A stretch of 64,000 bases of DNA from Gemmatimonadota bacterium. Its GTDB lineage: Bacteria; Latescibacterota; UBA2968; UBA8231. The DNA is taken from the NCBI GenBank assembly GCA_038153405.1, contig JAYOYH010000020.1, positions 15,469-79,468 on the forward strand, given 5' to 3'. The notes under the pieces were generated by a model. The model was not told the DNA's origin. It made no database searches and saw only the letters and a program-made list of their open reading frames with translations. Below, one piece after another: positions 58,727-64,000 of this stretch (position 1 is the stretch's first letter; every line of letters begins with the position of its first letter). Position numbers and translations under genes: made by a program.

Positions 58727-60517
58727 TCAGAATTTAGTCGCGTTAAACATTTCTACTGTGTTGCCACCCTTTTCTTTTGCTTTGGCAAGCGACTGCATGA
58801 GCGCCTCGTAAATTTTGTTGGCTACGTCACCAAACGAGTCGGATAGCGCCCTTTCCACCGTGACGACACCAATGCTGGGCATCAGCGGCATTTGCGTCTG
58901 ATCCACTTGGACACTGACCTTGGAAAGCCGCCGGCGCATGTCGGCCGAGCGCTGCCGCGCGGTGTTGTTATCCCCGCGCGACAAGAGGGCAAAATGAGCC
59001 CCATCCAATCGGTACCACTCATCGCCTTCGGCTTCCTGAGACAACTTGCGCAGGTTGCGTGCACTTTCTTTGAGCATTTTGTCGCCTACAGACCAACCGT
59101 GTCCATCGTTGACGCGTGCAAATTCGTCAAAGCTGATCGCATAGCAAGAATAAGGACCGGACTTGGGCAACAGCTTCAATAGCTTGGGCAGAGCGAAACG
59201 GACGAGCATGACCTTCGACGAAAAACCGGTCAGCGCATCGCGTCCGGCCAACTGCCGCCACCGTTTGTTTTCTTCTTCGAGTTCCTTAACGCGATCCTGT
59301 AAGCGATCTACCTCTTCCTTCATAATAGCTGTCTGACGGACAGACTGACCTGCGTCCACTCCGGCTTGGGCCTTTGGAGCCGCAGCAGGAGCCTCCGCTG
59401 TCTTGGGAACTTTTGCTTGCACCTTTGCAGATTGTCCGTTGCCCGTAGGGGCAACTACAGCCTTCTTTCCCTTTACCTTGGCCTTTTCTGGTTTGCCCTT
59501 TTCTGGTTTGGCTTTTTCCGATTTGGCCTTTTTTTCGCCGGCCCCCTCTTCCTCCTCATCGAACTCTCCATCTCCCCCTCGGCTCTTGTTCAGAGCCCGC
59601 AGTTCACGGCCTCGCTCACCCGCCTTTTCTAACATTTCTTTGGCGCGATTTACCGCCCCACCTACGACCGATTTGTCGGAGATAATGCTTAGACACTTTT
59701 GCATTGTGCCACTAAAAAATGCCGCAGCCTTTTTAAAGTCATCAGGGGCACCGGTCAGTTCGTAGAGACGATAACCGATTTCCGCCATGAGATAGCGCAG
59801 TCGCAGTTCGTCTTCGGGCTTTGCCTCGCGCAGCAATTCGTAGTTGCGCTCAAAATAAGCGCGCGCAAAACGCAGCGCTCCCTCTTCGCTCAGGGCTAAA
59901 CCCGGCTCTACCGGATAATCGCTGTTCTTGGGCAGTTCCCCTTTAAACCGCTTGGCGAGCTTGTCAAATTTACCCTCAATCTGCTGCAGATCCGAGTCGG
60001 GATAGTACTTTTTTTGGTCCCTATAAACCCAGGCTAAGCGAAGATAGTACCGCGCGATATTCCCCGGAGAGATTTTTTGGCCCAAACAGTGACTGAAAAT
60101 ACCGAGGTGGAACTGCGCGACAACCACGACGAGAGGATCTGCATCGCCTAGGCGCTTTCCCAATAACTGCGTAAGACCGCTGCCAGTGGATAGCCCCGTT
60201 AGCATGTTGCGCAATCCATCGGCGTCCAGTCCTTCGCGGAATCCCTTTATGTCGCGCTCCGCCTGACGGAACTGCGCGTCGTCGAGTTCGCCCGTATAGC
60301 GACATTTACTGCATACCCCCCAGAAGAAGTCAAGCGGATTGATCCCATCAAAACCAGGCTTGTTCCACTTGTACTCTATGGCATGGCCATCGCCTTCGGT
60401 TTTTGCTGGGCGAACAATGTCCCGCGCTAGGCGAAAATGGTCATTTCCCGTTTCACAAATCCCGCATTTGAGTTGGTACTTTCTACAGATTTGCAGCACT
60501 TCTTCTTGGCTAAGCAT
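58727..60517 (-). CDS. DUF2225-like zinc-finger/helical domain fused to a degenerate GGDEF domain
   Basis: CGIC...NPL...VCSKCRY, LRLAWVYR; coiled coil, RDALTG, VNDGHGWSVGD, RLDGAHF. Confidence 0.8.
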   Translation of the reverse strand: MLSQEEVLQICRKYQLKCGICETGNDHFRLARDIVRPAKTEGDGHAIEYKWNKPGFDGINPLDFFWGVCSKCRYTGELDDAQFRQAERDIKGFREGLDADGLRNMLTGLSTGSGLTQLLGKRLGDADPLVVVVAQFHLGIFSHCLGQKISPGNIARYYLRLAWVYRDQKKYYPDSDLQQIEGKFDKLAKRFKGELPKNSDYPVEPGLALSEEGALRFARAYFERNYELLREAKPEDELRLRYLMAEIGYRLYELTGAPDDFKKAAAFFSGTMQKCLSIISDKSVVGGAVNRAKEMLEKAGERGRELRALNKSRGGDGEFDEEEEGAGEKKAKSEKAKPEKGKPEKAKVKGKKAVVAPTGNGQSAKVQAKVPKTAEAPAAAPKAQAGVDAGQSVRQTAIMKEEVDRLQDRVKELEEENKRWRQLAGRDALTGFSSKVMLVRFALPKLLKLLPKSGPYSCYAISFDEFARVNDGHGWSVGDKMLKESARNLRKLSQEAEGDEWYRLDGAHFALLSRGDNNTARQRSADMRRRLSKVSVQVDQTQMPLMPSIGVVTVERALSDSFGDVANKIYEALMQSLAKAKEKGGNTVEMFNATKF

Positions 60518-60578
60518 TGCTCTTTTCCTCGGAAATTTTCTTACAAACTACTAAAGCATCAGACAATTTACAACAAAC

Positions 60579-60613
60579 AAAGAGAGGGGATGGATTCCCA
60601 TCCCCTCTCTTTT
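60579..60613. terminator. Intrinsic terminator with a perfect stem
   Basis: AAAGAGAGGGGATGG-ATTC-CCATCCCCTCTCTTT. Confidence 0.85.
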
Positions 60614-60629
60614 AACGCCGCCTGTTCGT

Positions 60630-60788
60630 TCAGGTACTCGCCCCTCCATCCCCTCGCCCTGCGTCTGCATCCCCATTCCGCTGCAAATCGGAAAGGACTG
60701 CCTGCACCCGCTTGCGGAAATCGTGTAATTTGGCATCTATCTCATCTATCGATCGCAACAACTCCTCTTCCATTACATCTTCTGACAT
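60630..60788 (-). CDS. Small coiled-coil protein (52 aa, not in ORF track)
   Basis: AGGAGG RBS; MSEDVMEEELLRSIDEIDAKLHDFRKRVQAVLSDLQRNGDADAGRGDGGAST; followed by a terminator. Confidence 0.7.
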   Translation of the reverse strand: MSEDVMEEELLRSIDEIDAKLHDFRKRVQAVLSDLQRNGDADAGRGDGGAST

Positions 60789-60847
60789 CAAGCCCTCCTG
60801 CTAAAACAAACGGGGAGCAGGGAAAAAACACCGTGGGAAGGGAGAAT

Positions 60848-61708
60848 TTAGGCATTGCTATAGGTCCGCAACTGATCACAGCGACTGGGATGGCGCAGAC
60901 GCAGCAGCGCCTTTTCCTTAATCTGGCGAACGCGCTCTCGAGTAAGCCCGAAACGCGCCCCAATCTGGTCTAGCGTCATGGGCTCTTCGCCATCCAAGCC
61001 GAAGTAGAGGCGAATAATCTCGGCTTCGCGGCCAACTAGGCTGCCCAGAGCCGAATCGATCTGACCGCGCAAACAGCCGCGCATGACTTCATTCTCGGGA
61101 GACTCCTGTCGATCGTCAGCCAGCACGTCGAGCAGGCTCTGATCCTCTTCTTCGCGAAATTTCGCGTCCAGCGAGCGCACCGAACGGCCACAGAGCATGG
61201 TCTCCTTAACTTCGTCCACGGAAACTTCGAGCTGTTGGGCTATTTCCTCGGGGTTGGGATCATCTGCGCGCTCTTGCTGAAGCAGGCGAGAAGCTTTCGA
61301 TATCTTATAGAGCAGGCCAATCTTATTTAACGGTAGGCGCACCGTGCGCGACTGCTCGGCAAGCGTCTGCAGGATCGCCTGGCGAATCCACCATACGGCG
61401 TAGGATATGAACTTGAATCCCTTGTCCTCGTCAAAGCGCTCGGCGGCTGTGATTAGCCCCATATTTCCGGCACTGATCAGATCGGCGAGGGGAACGCCGC
61501 GATTCTGATACTCCTTGGCGACGCTGACGACAAAGCGCAAATTGGCCTCGACTAGCCGATTGCGCGCAGTGTCGTCCCCGGCCTTTATGCGCCGCGCTAG
61601 CTCGACTTCGTCTGCGGCAGACAGGGGCTTTGAGCCAGAGATTTCGGTTAAATAACTTCCCAAAGAGTCTTCCATGTCCCAAAATGAAGCTGTGGTCATC
61701 TCCGCCAT
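60848..61708 (-). CDS. RpoD/SigA-family sigma factor lacking region 1.1
   Basis: NLRFVVSVAK, FISYAVWWIRQAI, RTVRLP, TRERVRQI; 286 aa. Confidence 0.93.
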   Translation of the reverse strand: MAEMTTASFWDMEDSLGSYLTEISGSKPLSAADEVELARRIKAGDDTARNRLVEANLRFVVSVAKEYQNRGVPLADLISAGNMGLITAAERFDEDKGFKFISYAVWWIRQAILQTLAEQSRTVRLPLNKIGLLYKISKASRLLQQERADDPNPEEIAQQLEVSVDEVKETMLCGRSVRSLDAKFREEEDQSLLDVLADDRQESPENEVMRGCLRGQIDSALGSLVGREAEIIRLYFGLDGEEPMTLDQIGARFGLTRERVRQIKEKALLRLRHPSRCDQLRTYSNA

Positions 61709-61767
61709 GGATCCATCCTCTTCGTTATGAGTGGGGAGGGCAAAGCCCGCTAACAGGGATAAGGTGT

Positions 61768-61796
61768 AACGTAAAAAGGTGTTTAGGAAGTGTCAA
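61768..61796 (-). promoter_or_regulatory. Sigma-70 promoter for the sigma factor gene
   Basis: TTGACA-17 bp-TACGTT. Confidence 0.65.
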
Positions 61797-61815
61797 GAAT
61801 TTTTATTGCCCGTTT

Positions 61816-62547
61816 TTAAGCGCTCCCAGTCTCCTCCAACGATGCGCGTTGAATGCGCATTAACTCTTCGATTCCCCCCGCGGCAAAGTCGAGCATTTCC
61901 TCGGCCTGTCCCCGATTAAATGGGGCTCCCTCAGCCGTCCCTTGTATTTCGATGATCCCGCCGTCTTCCGTCATGACCACATTCATATCCGTCTCTGCGC
62001 GCACGTCCTCTTCGTAGCACAGGTCCAACATGACGCTTCCATCGATGACGCCGACGCTTACGGCGGCGACGGGGCGAACGATGGGATTGGCGACGAGTAG
62101 GCCATCGGCTATCAACTGCTCCACGGCCGCTCCCAGCGCGATATAGGCGCCCGTAATCGAGGCGGTGCGCGTGCCCCCATCGGCCTGAATCACGTCGCAA
62201 TCGATGTATAGTGTGCGCTCGCCCAACGCCTCCAAGTCAACCGCAGCACGTAGGGAGCGCCCTATCAGACGCTGAATTTCGCGCGAGCGACTATTGACGC
62301 GCCCCGTGGCTCCTTCGCGCGAAACGCGGCGCGGCGACGACCCGGGCAGCATGGCGTACTCGGCTGTCAACCACCCCTTGTTCGCACCGACGAGAAAGGG
62401 CGGAACGCGCTCCTCGCAGCTGACGGTGCAAATAACCTTGGTTTGTCCCATCTCCATAAGGACGGCACCTGGGGCGGTGTTTACATAGCCCCTTTGCACG
62501 CGCACGGGCCTGAGTTGGTCTACCTTACGTCCATCTGTTCGCTGCAC
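61816..62547 (-). CDS. rph: Ribonuclease PH
   Basis: [43 protein letters not shown]. Confidence 0.97.
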   Translation of the reverse strand: MQRTDGRKVDQLRPVRVQRGYVNTAPGAVLMEMGQTKVICTVSCEERVPPFLVGANKGWLTAEYAMLPGSSPRRVSREGATGRVNSRSREIQRLIGRSLRAAVDLEALGERTLYIDCDVIQADGGTRTASITGAYIALGAAVEQLIADGLLVANPIVRPVAAVSVGVIDGSVMLDLCYEEDVRAETDMNVVMTEDGGIIEIQGTAEGAPFNRGQAEEMLDFAAGGIEELMRIQRASLEETGSA

Positions 62548-62559
62548 GCGTTTCCCCTT

Positions 62560-63405
62560 TCACCGCACCGTTTGCATATGCTGGCGGTAGTCTTCCCCCT
62601 GCATGGGTATTAAATAGCACATTTCGACTAAGCGCGAATAAATCCGTCCGCGAGATAGTTTTTTTATTTCTTCGATATCTTGGTTGGTCGTAATTACCGT
62701 AAAGCGCTCCTCGGCATAGCGCGCATCGACCAGTTCGTAGAGCATCTCCATTTCCCATTCCGTTCCCCGTTGAATACCAAAATCGTCCAGCATGAGGAAG
62801 GGCATATTGCAGAGCTCTTCTATGATGTGCCAGCTCCGACCGTACTCGTCACTGTCCTCCGAGAAGGTGTCGCGTAGGCGCTGAAAGTACTTGCGCGACA
62901 GGTTGAGGAAACGACCCGGCTTACCCCAGCGCAGAATCAGCTCATTGAGCATGATCGCCCCCAGAAGAGTCTTGCCGGTGCCGGGGTTGCCGTGCAGGAG
63001 AAACCCTCTTTGGGGTTCCGTTGCCACTTCGCTATCCACGATAGTGTTCACTGTTTCCAAGGCTCCGTTGACGTAGGGCAACACCGTTCCGTCGGGGGCT
63101 GAGCGGCGAAAGTCAGCAATGAATTTCCAGCGATAGCGCTCCGGTATGTCGGCTTCCTTGTACAGCCGATTGGTTTCGGCAAGGCGCCTGCGATAGGAGC
63201 GACAGGGACACCAGTGCCGCTCTCCCTGACCATCCCAGTGCTGAAAGGGTGGCTCACCTGAACAGGAACACTGATCCATAACGCAAGAACACAGCCGCAG
63301 TTGTCCGTGGCGCCCGGCTTGAACGGCGCCGTCAAAGTAAATGCCAACACCGACGCATTGAGGACAATCGGTCGACTGCGTGGGTTGCCTGCGCAGCTGA
63401 GTCAT
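62560..63405 (-). CDS. DnaC/IstB-like AAA+ ATPase with a Cys-rich N-terminus
   Basis: GNPGTGKT Walker A, LMLDD Walker B, VDARY, ITTN, RIYSRL, GEDYR. Confidence 0.88.
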   Translation of the reverse strand: MTQLRRQPTQSTDCPQCVGVGIYFDGAVQAGRHGQLRLCSCVMDQCSCSGEPPFQHWDGQGERHWCPCRSYRRRLAETNRLYKEADIPERYRWKFIADFRRSAPDGTVLPYVNGALETVNTIVDSEVATEPQRGFLLHGNPGTGKTLLGAIMLNELILRWGKPGRFLNLSRKYFQRLRDTFSEDSDEYGRSWHIIEELCNMPFLMLDDFGIQRGTEWEMEMLYELVDARYAEERFTVITTNQDIEEIKKLSRGRIYSRLVEMCYLIPMQGEDYRQHMQTVR

Positions 63406-63887
63406 CGCGTGCGATCCTTCAGGGCGCGCTCCACTTCGCGTTGAGCCTGGCGCTCAGCTAGCGCGTGGCGCTTGTCATACTGCTTTTTGCCCTTGGCCAA
63501 GCCCAACTCCACTTTCACCCTGCCTCGGCGAAAGTAAATGCTCAGCGGCACCAGCGTTAGGCCCTGCTGCTGTGTGCGACCGGCCAGACGGCGAATTTCG
63601 CCGCCGTGCAAAAGCAGTTTACGCCGGCGCTCCGGTTCGTGATTGTAGTGAGTGCCCTCCTCGTAGGGACTGATATGCACCCGGTGCAAAAACACTTCAC
63701 CCGCTTCGACCAGCGCGTAGCTATCCTTGAGGTTTACCCGCCCTGCGCGCAGAGATTTGACCTCAGTACCGACTAGCACAATGCCCGTTTCAAAGCGGTC
63801 GACAATATCGTAGTCGTGCCGAGCTTTGCGGTTTTGCACCACAATTTTCTTGCCTTCGGTCTGATCTTCTAGTATTTGCTTTGCCAT
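63402..63887 (-). CDS. smpB: SsrA-binding protein
   Basis: NRKARHDY, GTEVKSLR, RKLLLH, GKKQYDKR. Confidence 0.97.
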   Translation of the reverse strand: MAKQILEDQTEGKKIVVQNRKARHDYDIVDRFETGIVLVGTEVKSLRAGRVNLKDSYALVEAGEVFLHRVHISPYEEGTHYNHEPERRRKLLLHGGEIRRLAGRTQQQGLTLVPLSIYFRRGRVKVELGLAKGKKQYDKRHALAERQAQREVERALKDRTR

Positions 63888-63946
63888 GAAATGCGCACTA
63901 TGGGACTTGACGCATGCCCAGTAGCCCTTTAGTTTTTACGCCTGTT

Positions 63947-64000
63947 GCCGAAGTGGCGAAATTGGTAGACGCGCTAGGTTCAGGACCTAGTGGGCATTAG
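63947..64000 (+). tRNA. tRNA-Leu(CAG), truncated by the window end
   Basis: GCCGAAGTGGCGAAATTGGTAGACGCG acceptor/D arm; anticodon arm CTAGG-TTCAGGA-CCTAG; upstream TTGACG-17-TAGTTT promoter. Confidence 0.92.

Noticed and set aside
60437..60973. 178-aa plus-strand ORF and other short ORFs here
   Set aside because: They span a terminator and overlap real genes; the 52-aa minus-strand ORF has the RBS
62560..64000. IS21 element or prophage at the smpB/tRNA site
   Set aside because: No transposase, integrase, terminal repeats or phage genes; the ATPase is coupled to housekeeping genes

Overview
A gene-dense window (GC-rich coding regions) from a bacterial chromosome, mostly housekeeping genes on the minus strand: apt, acyP, prs, thrC, trkAH, ychF, rqcH, valS, murQ, hemL, trmJ, gmd, gcvTP, coaE, hflKC, clpP, epmA, clpX, trxA, holA, rnr, a sigma-70 factor, rph, smpB and a truncated tRNA-Leu(CAG). 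The host looks like a diderm; placement near the FCB group (e.g. Latescibacterota) is only an inference from gene content and the sigma factor. I see no CRISPR array, IS element, integrase or prophage. Most notable observations: (1) a ~290-nt intergenic region (35693-35994) with many nested complementary helices, a candidate structured ncRNA with 6S-like motifs; (2) a satellite microcompartment locus, with a BMC-H shell gene and a class II aldolase bearing a likely encapsulation peptide, apparently co-transcribed with a flippase-like membrane gene and trkAH; (3) scattered atypical signalling or chemotaxis-like genes: an acidic repeat protein with several CheZ/FliM-like 'SQDEIDALF' motifs behind a sigma-54-like site, an orphan FliN, a receiver lacking its conserved Lys, and a DUF2225-degenerate GGDEF fusion; (4) adjacent plant-type threonine synthase and cystathionine gamma-synthase genes; (5) a Cys-rich DnaC/IstB-like ATPase inside the smpB-rph operon; (6) three small ORFs below the ORF-track cutoff. 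All family calls come from motif recognition by eye; no searches were run.
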